Shown: positions 10,804-20,038 of the stretch, one piece after another
Position numbering within the stretch: position 1 is the stretch's first letter
How the letters are laid out: every line of letters starts with the position of its first letter
Assembly (NCBI GenBank): GCA_963735035.1
Contig: CAVTJJ010000003.1
Span: forward strand, 925,191-989,190
Source: an uncultured candidate division Zixibacteria bacterium
GTDB lineage: Bacteria > Zixibacteria > MSB-5A5 > GN15 > FEB-12
Reading direction: 5' to 3'
Length of the DNA: 64,000 nucleotides
Translations under genes and position numbers: made by a program
Notes under the pieces: generated by a model
The model's database searches: none
The model's input: the letters and a program-made list of their open reading frames with translations, nothing else
What the model was told of the DNA's origin: nothing

Positions 10804-11097
10804 GAGATGCCGGAAGATACTGACCACCCCGAGAACGACGGTCAATCGTCATTGAAGACGGCCTTCTCAGACCCCGGCAGGCCGACGGGGGGACAGTTTG
10901 CTTGGCTGCGCGTGGCTGTGCCCGGCTCATCTGCCAGATACCGCTTTGGAAAACGAGAAAGTAATAATGAAGCCTGAATGACCGATCGGACTCCCTCTGC
11001 GTGTCAATTGAAAGAAGATCTGGAATCCGTTTATCAGACTTGAGATTTGGACAAATAGTAAGCTCGCCGCCGCTGGATTTCAGTGCTACGACAACTG

Positions 11098-11955
11098 CTA
11101 TCTATCTGTTACAAGCCTAAACGAGAATGAACTCTCATTTACATTGAGCGAATCGGCGAAGCTCTTTTCTGCCACCACAAATTGGTACGATCCATCAATG
11201 ATGTTCTTTGTATCCAGGATTAGCTGAATTTTGCCCGGTACACTGTAATTGGCGAAGAGTGTGATCGGTGCTCTTTCGCGTTTCCCGGAATCAAAAAGTG
11301 AGTACTCATAACGATTCTCACTCGATAGATGATAAAATGGCAGGTCCATGCGAACCAGAGCATCACGTTCTGTTCGCGTGACCGTAGGCACGTCGGATGA
11401 TGAGCGATTCGCCTCAAGAAGTTGGAATACCTGAACGGGCACTGACTTATTATCACCGCTCGGTGCATGACCATTCGAATCGGTGAACCATCTGACGGTG
11501 GGATATGCAGCAAGCAGGAGAAGAAAGTACGCTACTGCCGGTTTGCGTAGAGGAATCACAATGTAATTCAGAACGGTCTGCCATATCGGAGCGCGATTAA
11601 GTTCCGACCTAACCGAGGCAGAGAGTTCCGTTTCAAGATCGTTCAAGAAAGCCAGATCGTAAGCGCACTTCTCGCAACTCTTCAGATGAGCTTCAATACG
11701 GCTTCGAACTTCGGGTGACAGACCGTGTCGGTTCTCATGATAGGAGGATACATCCTCTTGAGAAAGGTGACCCGCATGACCTGAAGAATTGGCTTCTGTG
11801 GCCGGCTTCTTGAGCATCCGCATGACCTTCAAGCTGTCCCGACACTCCACGCAGGCATCCAGGTGCCGCTTGACTTCCTGCGTCTCGGCCGGATCAAGAT
11901 GGCCCGTGGCAAAGTCATTCAGCTTGAGCCGGATATTTTCATCTAAGCATTTCAT
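11098..11955 (-). CDS. Zinc-binding anti-sigma factor with two zf-HC2 motifs, one TM helix and an extracytoplasmic domain
   Basis: HLDACVEC and HLKSCEKC motifs; hydrophobic AVAYFLLLLAAYP; directly downstream of the ECF sigma gene. Confidence 0.85.
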   Translation of the reverse strand: MKCLDENIRLKLNDFATGHLDPAETQEVKRHLDACVECRDSLKVMRMLKKPATEANSSGHAGHLSQEDVSSYHENRHGLSPEVRSRIEAHLKSCEKCAYDLAFLNDLETELSASVRSELNRAPIWQTVLNYIVIPLRKPAVAYFLLLLAAYPTVRWFTDSNGHAPSGDNKSVPVQVFQLLEANRSSSDVPTVTRTERDALVRMDLPFYHLSSENRYEYSLFDSGKRERAPITLFANYSVPGKIQLILDTKNIIDGSYQFVVAEKSFADSLNVNESSFSFRLVTDR

Positions 11956-11971
11956 GTGTCACCAACACAGA

Positions 11972-11998
11972 GGTGCCATCAGGCACCCGCCTGTTACA
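11972..11998 (-). promoter_or_regulatory. ECF-type promoter copy 2 (overlaps the sigma stop codon, upstream of anti-sigma)
   Basis: TGTAAC-AGGCGGGTGCCTGATG-GCACC. Confidence 0.55.
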
Positions 11999-12548
11999 GC
12001 AATTCTTTGACAAAATCCAGGTTTCTTGCCCGATCCAGACACCTAGAGATGGCGGTGCTGGTGGCGTTTTTGGTCTTCTTGAGGTGATCGGCTATTTCCC
12101 GATCCGACCATCCCTGCCGAAACTTCATGTCCAACAATTGGTTACACTTAGGGTCCAGGGCCATAAGAATATCCGTTGCCAGTTGACCATCGACCACTTG
12201 ATCGTCGGTCGCAACGCCTTTCGATTCGACATAGTCCAGCGGATCGTCAGTATAACTCACTCTAGCGCTTAATCTTAACCGCCTATTGATGCGGAATCTG
12301 ATGGTCTGGTAGATATAGACGTTGAATGCCGACAGCGTGTCGCCCCTGAATCGGCTTGCCCGCAAGCTGTCGAAGAGGATTTCGATCACTTCGGAGACGA
12401 TCTCTTCAGGATCTGTGTCCGAAGGTACCCCCTGGTGATACACGTACTGAGTGATCTTCTTCTTTATGATCGTGAACTGGCGACTGTCGCCCTTCAGAAA
12501 ACCGTCTACAACTAGTGTGAGTAATTGCTTGTCGTGATCGGTCTGCAT
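11994..12548 (-). CDS. ECF-type RNA polymerase sigma factor
   Basis: 184 aa; region 2 DPEEIVSEV...FNVYIYQTIR; region 4 LDPKCNQLL.MKF.QGWSDREIADHL...AISRC. Confidence 0.88.
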   Translation of the reverse strand: MQTDHDKQLLTLVVDGFLKGDSRQFTIIKKKITQYVYHQGVPSDTDPEEIVSEVIEILFDSLRASRFRGDTLSAFNVYIYQTIRFRINRRLRLSARVSYTDDPLDYVESKGVATDDQVVDGQLATDILMALDPKCNQLLDMKFRQGWSDREIADHLKKTKNATSTAISRCLDRARNLDFVKELL

Positions 12549-12700
12549 CTACGCCTCGACAAGGTACAATGCCTTCCGCCTGCCTGTTGTCTACTCTTTT
12601 GGAAGAGCGGTCCTGTCCCCAGAGTATAGTGGGCATCATACTCAACCACAATAACTTTCTCTGATTCGCGCCCGGCATACCTGCCATCGAGTTGAGACCA

Positions 12701-12727
12701 TGTAACAAAAAACTTCGAGCATGCACT
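12701..12727 (+). promoter_or_regulatory. ECF-type promoter copy 3
   Basis: TGTAAC-AAAAAACTTCGAGCAT-GCACT. Confidence 0.7.
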
Positions 12728-12965
12728 TATGATCGGTAGGAAGATTGAAACCACAGGACGAGAAGAAGCCCGGCTGATAACTATGGGAACTTAGACCGAA
12801 AATTGACCACAAACCGTGCGACCCGCCGAATTCTGCTCTCCGACTGAGCGGGGGGATGCCCGCTCCCACCTTAGAGGTGGTCATGGTGCGCCCGGCCTCT
12901 CTTGAATGAGACGGCCGGGCGCCTCCATTTTGGTTGGGTAAGATTCGCTGCGGGGTTCAAAACCG

Positions 12966-12992
12966 TGTAACAAAAGACCGGACCCTGGCACT
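12966..12992 (+). promoter_or_regulatory. ECF-type promoter copy 4 (upstream of the fibre/dockerin/CHAT operon)
   Basis: TGTAAC-AAAAGACCGGACCCTG-GCACT. Confidence 0.72.
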
Positions 12993-13049
12993 GATAGTCA
13001 GATACAAGATAACCGGTCGATGCCCCCGGAGTGTGTACTCCCGCGGATG

Positions 13050-13077
13050 TTGACAAAGAAAGAAGTTTGCATATATT
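13050..13077 (+). promoter_or_regulatory. Sigma70-type promoter candidate
   Basis: TTGACA-N16-TATATT. Confidence 0.5.
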
Positions 13078-13247
13078 TGTAAGAGGTACTACTCAACTGG
13101 AAATCATTGCCAACCATTGATAATGCAGCCCGCGTAAGGTGACAGCAGCAAATTGGCTGTGCGTCTGAGACCCCTCGGGCAATTTGGCAATACGCGTTCC
13201 GCCACAACGAAAACGAGTTGAACAAAATACAGAGGAGAAAGCGAAAT

Positions 13248-14488
13248 ATGCGCCCTACGCAGCTATTGCTTACGGCAATCATGGCGGCAACATTTCTGGT
13301 CCTTACGGGCTCGTTGTTTGCCGATCCGGTTCCTGAATACCAGAGAATACCGGAAAGTTTCACTGTCCAGGGATTCGCACTCGATAGCGCGGGATTCCCG
13401 ATTCCCGATGGCGTCTATCCTGTCACGTTCACTACCTACCATGACTCTTTATGTTCGGTTCCGGTATACACAGAGACACAATCGCTCGAGATCCAGGGCG
13501 GAAGGTTTGGTTCAATTGTCTTTGGACTGAATGGCATCGGCCCCTGGCCTCGTCCATTCCATCCGACAATTGACATTTATCCGTCTCGGTACCTAAAGAT
13601 ATCTATTGATGGTCAGGACATCCTGCCAATTATAGAGTTGCAGTCAGCTCCGACAGCTGTGATGGCTAGGCAGTGTTCGAGGCGATATCTTCACTTACGA
13701 AGGGGGGACGATATTCGCCAACCAGAATCTGGATTCGTCCGGGTATGTTAAGATCGACGGTGGCGCAGATAGTTCGTCGATCGGGCTGTTCAGTCCGGGT
13801 GCAGCTGATCCAAGCGTGCTACTTTCAAACCCGAGCTCGGGGGCACCGTCTCTGACAATGGGGGAGTCCTCCGGGGGTGCAATGCATACTATGACCATGG
13901 GACCCTCGGGCATAACGTTCGCATATTCACCAAGTTGGCCGGCAGGCTGGGATACTACACTCATCTTTTCCGGTGACAAGTTGACGTGCGCCGATACAAT
14001 TAGTTCAACCTCGGGGGGATTTCAGTTCCCGGATGGCACCGTTCAGACAACAGCCGCTGGTTCAGGAGGCGGCCCGTGGGAGACTTCCGGCTTGAATGTT
14101 TACGTCGATACCTCAGGTATTGACGATTACAGTGTTGGAGTAAATACGGCCACGCCCAATAGCCCGCTTCAGGTGGCAATGGTGCCGTTGCAACGGCTTT
14201 ACGAACCTTGTTGGAGCACAATTGTGACGCCTGACATCTGATCACTCCGTCGTACTTGTTTCTCCAAACGCCGGTCCAATAACGATCAGTCTGCCGACTG
14301 CGGCCGGCATAAGCGGCCGACAATACACTATCAAGAGGTCTGCCCTCGGCCCCGCTAACAGCGTCACCATTGACGCCTTGGCTCTGAATACATCGACGGC
14401 AGCCTATCATACTCCCTATCGGCGCAGTGGTAAGTACGTGGTGTTGGTTAGCAACGGTTCTTACTGGTGGGTCATTGGCAACAACTAA
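13248..14488 (+). pseudogene. Secreted fibre-like protein broken by several frameshifts (sequencing error or decay)
   Basis: GAGGAG RBS and signal peptide; N-domain IPESFTVQG..LDSAGFP..DG.Y.VTF..Y; then GGFQFPDGTVQTTA, VGVNTATPNSPLQV and, in shifting frames, ITISLPTAAGISGRQYTIKR and KYVVLVSNGSYWWVIGNN*. Confidence 0.65.
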
Positions 14489-14507
14489 GACAAGGCGAAG
14501 TAGTAAG

Positions 14508-15198
14508 ATGAAACAGTTAGACTTATTAGTCGTGAGCGTCGCCGCAGTCTTGTTGCTTCTTCTTGCCTGGAGCCTGGCCACAGGTGAGAGTCAGATTGAA
14601 CGCGACAGACAGCCGAGCGAAATAGCCGAAGCTCGCTTACTGCCGGCACATGATACGTCCACAAGTTCAGATCGGAACGGAGCCGTAAGCTCCAGTGTGA
14701 ATTCAGAGATCAGCCACCCACCTGCTTCCCTTCTCACCGTCGGGCCAAAACCTCGCGGAGTCGCGAGTGCGTCCGACATCTCCATTGATTGGTGGGTGGT
14801 GGCCGCGGGAGCGGTCGACGGCAGAGGACAATCCCTTCATCTACTCGCAACAATCGGTCAGGGTGTGATTGGAGAAGGTGCGTCAAGCAAGTATCTGTTG
14901 CGTTACGGATACTGGGCTGCGTCGAACGGCGCTGGTGGTTGTTGCCAGGGTCGGGTGGGCGATGTCAACCAGTCAGGTAACGACGAGCCTACTATCGGCG
15001 ACATTTCTACTTTGATCGACGCCAAGTTCATAACCGGGTCGTGCGACGGGGTGATTTCGTGTTTTGCCGAAGCTGATATCAATCAGTCCGGCGGTCCTAA
15101 CCCGACCTGTAATGACATCACGATTGGCGACATTTCTATCCTGATCGACTACTCTGTTCATTACGGGGCCTTCGCTTGGGCTTCATAACTGCCTGTAG
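14508..15198 (+). CDS. Secreted protein with a short beta module and a C-terminal dockerin-like domain; 1-nt frameshift near 15150
   Basis: CCQGRVGDVNQSGNDEPTIGDISTLIDAKFI...EADINQSGG...ITIGDISILIDY. Removing one base restores LFITGPSLGLHNCL*, matching the paralog at 61298-61837. Confidence 0.8.
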
Positions 15199-15286
15199 AT
15201 ATTGCGGCTGATTCAAAGGCTAGTCCCAGAATTCTGATTGTTGTTGCACGACAGCTCGGCTTGCTTAAATTACCTGCTATATCAGG

Positions 15287-18200
15287 ATGATTGGCTGCGT
15301 AATCGCATCGAAATCGAGCTCCGCCGTGCTAAGACGCATCTCACAAATCTCATGCCTCATAATCTGCACTCTTGTCGCGTCAATTAGCGCGGCTCCGGAA
15401 ACGGAGAAGTTGCTGACAACTGCTGACTCTCTCTTCGCGATCCAGATGTTGGACTCAGCTATTTCAGTCGGAAAAACGGCCCTGATTGCTGCCGAGCGCG
15501 ACCCGCGGTCGCCCGATTCCGTAATCGCCTCCATACACTACCTGCTCGGACTGAGTCATCTCTACAAGTCCGACTTGAATGAGGCCGTTAGTCATCTCGA
15601 TTCCAGCAGAATTACCCGAGTAACCGTGTACGGTGAAGATCATCCTCTCGTGGCGGATTGCGACTATTATCTCGGCGCCGCTCTAATGCAATTCGGCCAG
15701 TTTGATCTAGCCGAACAACACTATGCCAAAGCGCTGTCTGTCCGAGAGGCTGCCTACGGACCCGACCATGAGCAGGTGGCCGCCACCCTCGTAGGATACT
15801 CGTCGCTTTATGCCTACATGGGTCGCTATGACCGAACGGAAATGCTAGTCCAGCGTTTGCTCGGGATCCAGGAGAGAAATCCGAATATTCCCACGGCACA
15901 GGTCGTGAAAGCGCTGATCCTCCTGGCCGGAGTTAAGCTGGACTCCGGCCGATTTAGGGACGCAGAACAATATTACCGTCGCGCCCTGACCCTCTTGGAG
16001 AATACTTCAACGACCGACGCGTTTACCGAAGGTTCAGTACATTGGGGGCTGGGAAAAGCACTTCTGTTGCAGGGTGATCTGCCACAGGCGGAGAGTCATT
16101 ACTTGAAAGCCATTGATCTGACCCGCGCCACTCAGGGCGAAGGCAGCTACCAGATCGGGGCTCTGAAATCGGAATTGGGGCGTCTCTACACCATGCGCCT
16201 TCAGTACTCCGAGGCTGAAACTCTCCTGACTGAGGCGCTCTCCCAGCTGCGCGCATCCATTGGTGAAGACAATGAATTCGTGGCCTATTGCCATCAATGG
16301 CTTTCCCGGATCTACGCGTATCAGGGAAGATACGCGATGGCGCAGCGGACCGCCGAAGAAGCTGTCAAGTCAGCCGGAGCTACCTTCGGAAGAGACCATC
16401 ACGAAACTGCTCAGGTGATGAACTGGCTGGCGGAAGTTCACTTAATGGCAGGCAATTACCAAATTGCCGATTCGATCGCTACCGCGGCCACGGCCATCAT
16501 AGTCAGTGAGCTCGGCGAGACCCACCCATATCTCGTCGATGGTTTCAACATTATCGGGTATGCCAGGATGCAACTCGGCGACATGATAAGCGCCGCCAAG
16601 TACTTTGAAAGGTCTCTCGCAATCGGTCTGGCGGCAGGCGGCCAAAATCATCCCTCGGTCGCGGCCACTTATGAGGTCCTTAGCGAACTGCGCCGCCGTA
16701 CAGGTGAACGGGAACTGGCGCTTGACATGTCGCGCCGGGCGGTACTGGGTCGTCGAAATAATCTGCGTCTGGGGTGTGCCGTCATGTCCGAGCAGGAGGC
16801 TTTAGACTATGCCTTTCTGGTCAAGCGTGCCCTGAACCTTTACTTGTCCTCTCTGCGCGACTTGCCCAACCCGAATCCTGAAATTGCAAAGGCCGCTGCC
16901 GAGTTGATCGCCAATACCAAGGGACTGGTGACCGACGAAATGTTGCTGCGATCATCTTCGCTTCGCACTGACACAAGTTCAGCAGAGAAAGTCTTGAAGG
17001 ACACCGTTGATGCGGCCCGGTTCGAATTGGCTTCGCTGTTCGGCAACTTTTCCAGTGAAGTTGACCAGTCCACCTACCGAAGCAGGCTTGATTCCTTGTC
17101 GAGCCATGTGCAGGCCCTGGAGGCACGACTCGCCCGCCAGGTAACTTCGGATGTTGGCCTCCGTACTAGCGATTCAATCAGTATTGACCGATTGCAAAAA
17201 GAACTGAAACCTGATCAGGTGGCCGTCGAATACCTCCGATACACCTATAAAGATCCGCGAAACCAGAATGCGGAAGATCGATACCTGGTGCTGTTATTGA
17301 ATCCCGCTTCCGAGACCCGTGTAATTGACTTGGGAACCGCGGAACTGATTGATAAAGCTGTGGGTCGTTACCGGAAGCACATATCTGACCTCGCCGCCGC
17401 CGGGCAACCTCCCGACCAAGAAGCCCTTGACGATTATCGCCGGCTTGCCGGAGATCTCTATACTACTGTATGGCGTCCCCTGGAACCATACCTGGGTGCG
17501 AGCCGGATGATCTTCATCTCGACTGATGGATCTCTGAATCTGTTGTCATTTGCGGGCCTTCCTTGCTCCGATAATGAATACCTGATTGAAAAATACCGCC
17601 TTCACTACTTGTCCACTTCGCGCGATCTTTGTCGCTCCCCCCATCAGAGTGCCACCGGGCGCAGTCTGGTACTAATCGGGGACCCGGATTTTGGCCTCGC
17701 AGTTCAGCCAAGCCAGGTGGACCCGGAATCGGGTTCATCGGTCGACCCAGCTCTCGGGTGTGGCAGCATTGATCGCAGTCGTCTATCGCCGTTGCCGGGA
17801 ACTCGCCGCGAGGTAGAACGAATCGCTCGTCTGTGGCGACAGCAGGTTTCGGACAGCGTTACCGAGTTGACAGGCGCAGGAGCCACAGAAGGTGCTTTCA
17901 GAAAATTAGCTCCGTCAGCCACCACCGTTCACATCGCTACTCATGGGTACCTGGCCGCCGATAGCTGCTTCAGGATCGAAGCTTCCGCACCGAGTCTGGC
18001 CAATGAAGATTTCTTTACCCGCAACCCGCTTTTGCTTTCCGGCTTGTTCCTGGCAGGAGCGGCCGCGCCGGGAAAGTCCCGGGTTCGTTTTGATAGCCGC
18101 GATGGGATGCTCTCTGCCGAGGAAGTGGCCACCTTGGACCTTCACAAAGTTGGACGGGTGGTACTATCGGCCTGTGAATCGGGGCTTGGAACGGTGGAAT

Positions 18201-18457
18201 CCGGCGAGGGTGTCTATGGCCTGAGAAGGGCTTTTCAAATGGCCGGTGCCGGCACGGTCATCAGTTCACTCTGGAAGGTCCCGGACAACACTACGGCTCA
18301 GTTCATGGCGCGGTTGTATTCGACTGACAACGAGCCTGTCCCGGCAGCCATGCAATCGTCTTGCCTCGACATGCTGTCCCAACTACGCCGTCGTGGCCAG
18401 CCGGACCATCCATTTCTATGGGCTCCGTTCATAAGTATCGGTGACTGGCGGGAGTAG
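15287..18457 (+). CDS. TPR-repeat CHAT (caspase-like) protease with N-terminal hydrophobic/signal segment
   Basis: Multiple TPRs (HPLVA, HEQVA, HPSVA); catalytic VHIATHG and VVLSACESG; SLWKV.D; HPFLWAPF. Confidence 0.93.
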   Translation: MIGCVIASKSSSAVLRRISQISCLIICTLVASISAAPETEKLLTTADSLFAIQMLDSAISVGKTALIAAERDPRSPDSVIASIHYLLGLSHLYKSDLNEAVSHLDSSRITRVTVYGEDHPLVADCDYYLGAALMQFGQFDLAEQHYAKALSVREAAYGPDHEQVAATLVGYSSLYAYMGRYDRTEMLVQRLLGIQERNPNIPTAQVVKALILLAGVKLDSGRFRDAEQYYRRALTLLENTSTTDAFTEGSVHWGLGKALLLQGDLPQAESHYLKAIDLTRATQGEGSYQIGALKSELGRLYTMRLQYSEAETLLTEALSQLRASIGEDNEFVAYCHQWLSRIYAYQGRYAMAQRTAEEAVKSAGATFGRDHHETAQVMNWLAEVHLMAGNYQIADSIATAATAIIVSELGETHPYLVDGFNIIGYARMQLGDMISAAKYFERSLAIGLAAGGQNHPSVAATYEVLSELRRRTGERELALDMSRRAVLGRRNNLRLGCAVMSEQEALDYAFLVKRALNLYLSSLRDLPNPNPEIAKAAAELIANTKGLVTDEMLLRSSSLRTDTSSAEKVLKDTVDAARFELASLFGNFSSEVDQSTYRSRLDSLSSHVQALEARLARQVTSDVGLRTSDSISIDRLQKELKPDQVAVEYLRYTYKDPRNQNAEDRYLVLLLNPASETRVIDLGTAELIDKAVGRYRKHISDLAAAGQPPDQEALDDYRRLAGDLYTTVWRPLEPYLGASRMIFISTDGSLNLLSFAGLPCSDNEYLIEKYRLHYLSTSRDLCRSPHQSATGRSLVLIGDPDFGLAVQPSQVDPESGSSVDPALGCGSIDRSRLSPLPGTRREVERIARLWRQQVSDSVTELTGAGATEGAFRKLAPSATTVHIATHGYLAADSCFRIEASAPSLANEDFFTRNPLLLSGLFLAGAAAPGKSRVRFDSRDGMLSAEEVATLDLHKVGRVVLSACESGLGTVESGEGVYGLRRAFQMAGAGTVISSLWKVPDNTTAQFMARLYSTDNEPVPAAMQSSCLDMLSQLRRRGQPDHPFLWAPFISIGDWRE

Positions 18458-18476
18458 GAGCGTCTGATGTGATTTA

Positions 18477-19568
18477 TCATTGTGCCGCCGCCACGGCTTC
18501 CAACAGTTGAGTGATTACCGGCGTCTCGAACGGCTCAAGGCCCTGTTCCTTTTCTATCAGGTAGGTACACAGCGGCTTTACATCGCCATTGGCATGATAC
18601 CGATGAGGAGCCATAGGCACACCGCTTCGGCATAGTAGCAGATACCGACATTCACGGCACCATCGATTCACTGAATCACGATGCATCTTGCGGTTATACG
18701 CAAAGGCATCAGGGTTATTCCAGATATCGGCGATGGGGGTAACGCGGATATTCCCTTCGATGAATTCATCAGTCATCTCTGCGGCACCTTTCACTTCACC
18801 GGATGGTCCAACCGCCAGGTAGTGTACTCCGGATCCATCGCCCAAAAACGGGCGGCCCCCGCGCAGTTTCATTCCCTTAGTTCCATAGTGGCCTATCTCA
18901 TCGGTCGCGCTAATTGTGATGCGAGTATCGCTCTGCATTTCAATGATCTTATCAATCATCGTGGTGTATTCTTCCCTGGTCAGGACCATGTCTGCATGGG
19001 AGGCCATGCGGCCGGTTGGCTGAATCATTTGAATGCGCCAGTCTGCACACCCGGCATCGATTAGCGCACTTTTGATAGCCTCAAGCCGATCGAGGTTCAT
19101 TCTGGAAACAGCCGTAACTGCCGCAACCTTCAGACCGGGCACAGAACTGGCGAGCTTGATTGCCGCCATCGCCCGATCATACGCATCTGGACAACAGCGG
19201 ATCATATTGTGTGTCTCGCGGTCTCCATCGACACTGATGCCTAGTGAGTTAACTCCAGCGTCGACAAGTGACTGGAGTCGAGACGGTGACAGCAAGAGAC
19301 CATTGGTTATCAAACCTATACGCGCCTCTTTGCTTGATATATACTTGATAACCTCAATAAGGTCCGGACGTATCAATGGTTCACCGCCGGTCAAACAGAA
19401 CTGGCGACAACCGAGGTCAAGAAGATCGTCGATCATCATCTTGGCCTCCGCCGTGGTCAGTTCATCTGATCTGGGCTTGGCGGACGCATTGCCGCAATGC
19501 TTGCATCGTAAGTTGCAGCCGCGTGTAACTTCCCACACTGCAACAGTTAGCTTGAAATCTGAGTTCAT
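18477..19568 (-). CDS. Radical SAM protein with a degenerate SPASM domain (candidate peptide maturase)
   Basis: CNLRCKHC, TGGEP, ITNG, ISVDG; C-terminal GNIR..DIW, CRECRYLLLC...PLC. Likely start MNSDF follows GAAAGGAAG. Confidence 0.9.
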   Translation of the reverse strand: MNSDFKLTVAVWEVTRGCNLRCKHCGNASAKPRSDELTTAEAKMMIDDLLDLGCRQFCLTGGEPLIRPDLIEVIKYISSKEARIGLITNGLLLSPSRLQSLVDAGVNSLGISVDGDRETHNMIRCCPDAYDRAMAAIKLASSVPGLKVAAVTAVSRMNLDRLEAIKSALIDAGCADWRIQMIQPTGRMASHADMVLTREEYTTMIDKIIEMQSDTRITISATDEIGHYGTKGMKLRGGRPFLGDGSGVHYLAVGPSGEVKGAAEMTDEFIEGNIRVTPIADIWNNPDAFAYNRKMHRDSVNRWCRECRYLLLCRSGVPMAPHRYHANGDVKPLCTYLIEKEQGLEPFETPVITQLLEAVAAAQ

Positions 19569-19590
19569 TGTCTTCCTTTCGAGTGAGAAT

Positions 19591-19613
19591 AGGGGGCAGA
19601 GGATCTGCCCCCT
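19591..19613 (-). terminator. 10-bp hairpin between the peptide gene and the radical SAM gene
   Basis: AGGGGGCAGA-TCC-TCTGCCCCCT, with no strong U-tract. Confidence 0.6.
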
Positions 19614-19620
19614 CGGCAGA

Positions 19621-19710
19621 CTAGAGTATGATCCAAGGTCTCGGTATGAGGATGTGCAGAATATTGAGACCCGCATTGATGATAGTGGTTGAGGTAATGA
19701 TCGGGATCAT
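19621..19710 (-). CDS. 29-aa peptide MIPIITSTTIINAGLNILHILIPRPWIIL; candidate RiPP precursor
   Basis: AAGGAG (19718-19723) lies 7 nt before the ATG; TAG at 19621-19623; sits between ECF promoter copy 5 and the radical SAM gene; too short for the ORF track. Confidence 0.65.
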   Translation of the reverse strand: MIPIITSTTIINAGLNILHILIPRPWIIL

Positions 19711-19768
19711 GGCGTTGCTCCTTGTTTGAGTTGTTGGTTATGTTGGTTTTCGTTTTCATTTGTCCATT

Positions 19769-19795
19769 AGTGCCACCTACCCTCCGGTTGTTACA
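19769..19795 (-). promoter_or_regulatory. ECF-type promoter copy 5 (upstream of peptide and radical SAM)
   Basis: TGTAAC-AACCGGAGGGTAGGTG-GCACT. Confidence 0.72.
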
Positions 19796-19976
19796 GACTT
19801 CCTGCTCACCTTCTAATTATGCGTAACTTATTGTGTATCAACAGAAACCGCCCACGAGAGGGATAAGCGCCTTCGGGTGCTCTGGCTTACCGCCAGTATC
19901 AAGGTTATCGATGGCCAGCCCGACCAGCCGCGTTTGTTACAGCCTTTCACATAGGATTCCCCCGGAAACGAAGAGA

Positions 19977-20000
19977 GGTCGCCCCCGAATGGGGGCGACC
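19977..20000 (-). terminator. Terminator of the FN3 lipoprotein gene
   Basis: GGTCGCCCCC-4nt-GGGGGCGACC, then pyrimidine-rich TCTCTTCGTTT on the minus strand. Confidence 0.6.
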
Positions 20001-20038
20001 CGTTGATGAAGTCTATCGATTCTTTATGTAGAACCGCA

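Noticed and set aside
15287..18457. Type III-E CRISPR (Craspase) locus
   Set aside because: No Cas7-11, Csx30/31 or array in the window; only the CHAT plus sigma logic is analogous.
18477..19568. Radical SAM as AmrS partner of the amrB/A fusion, or as a heme/PQQ biosynthesis enzyme
   Set aside because: It is 38 kb from amrB/A, has a SPASM-type rather than AmrS architecture, and no ahb/nir/pqq genes are nearby.
19565..19759. 64-aa His-rich ORF overlapping the radical SAM start (ATGA) as an alternative precursor
   Set aside because: It has no RBS and runs through the hairpin, whereas the nested 29-aa frame has a well-spaced AAGGAG. Near-leaderless translation is not fully excluded.
19915..19941. 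Eighth TGTAACA site on the minus strand
   Set aside because: The -10 position reads GCTGG, not GCACT; half-site only.
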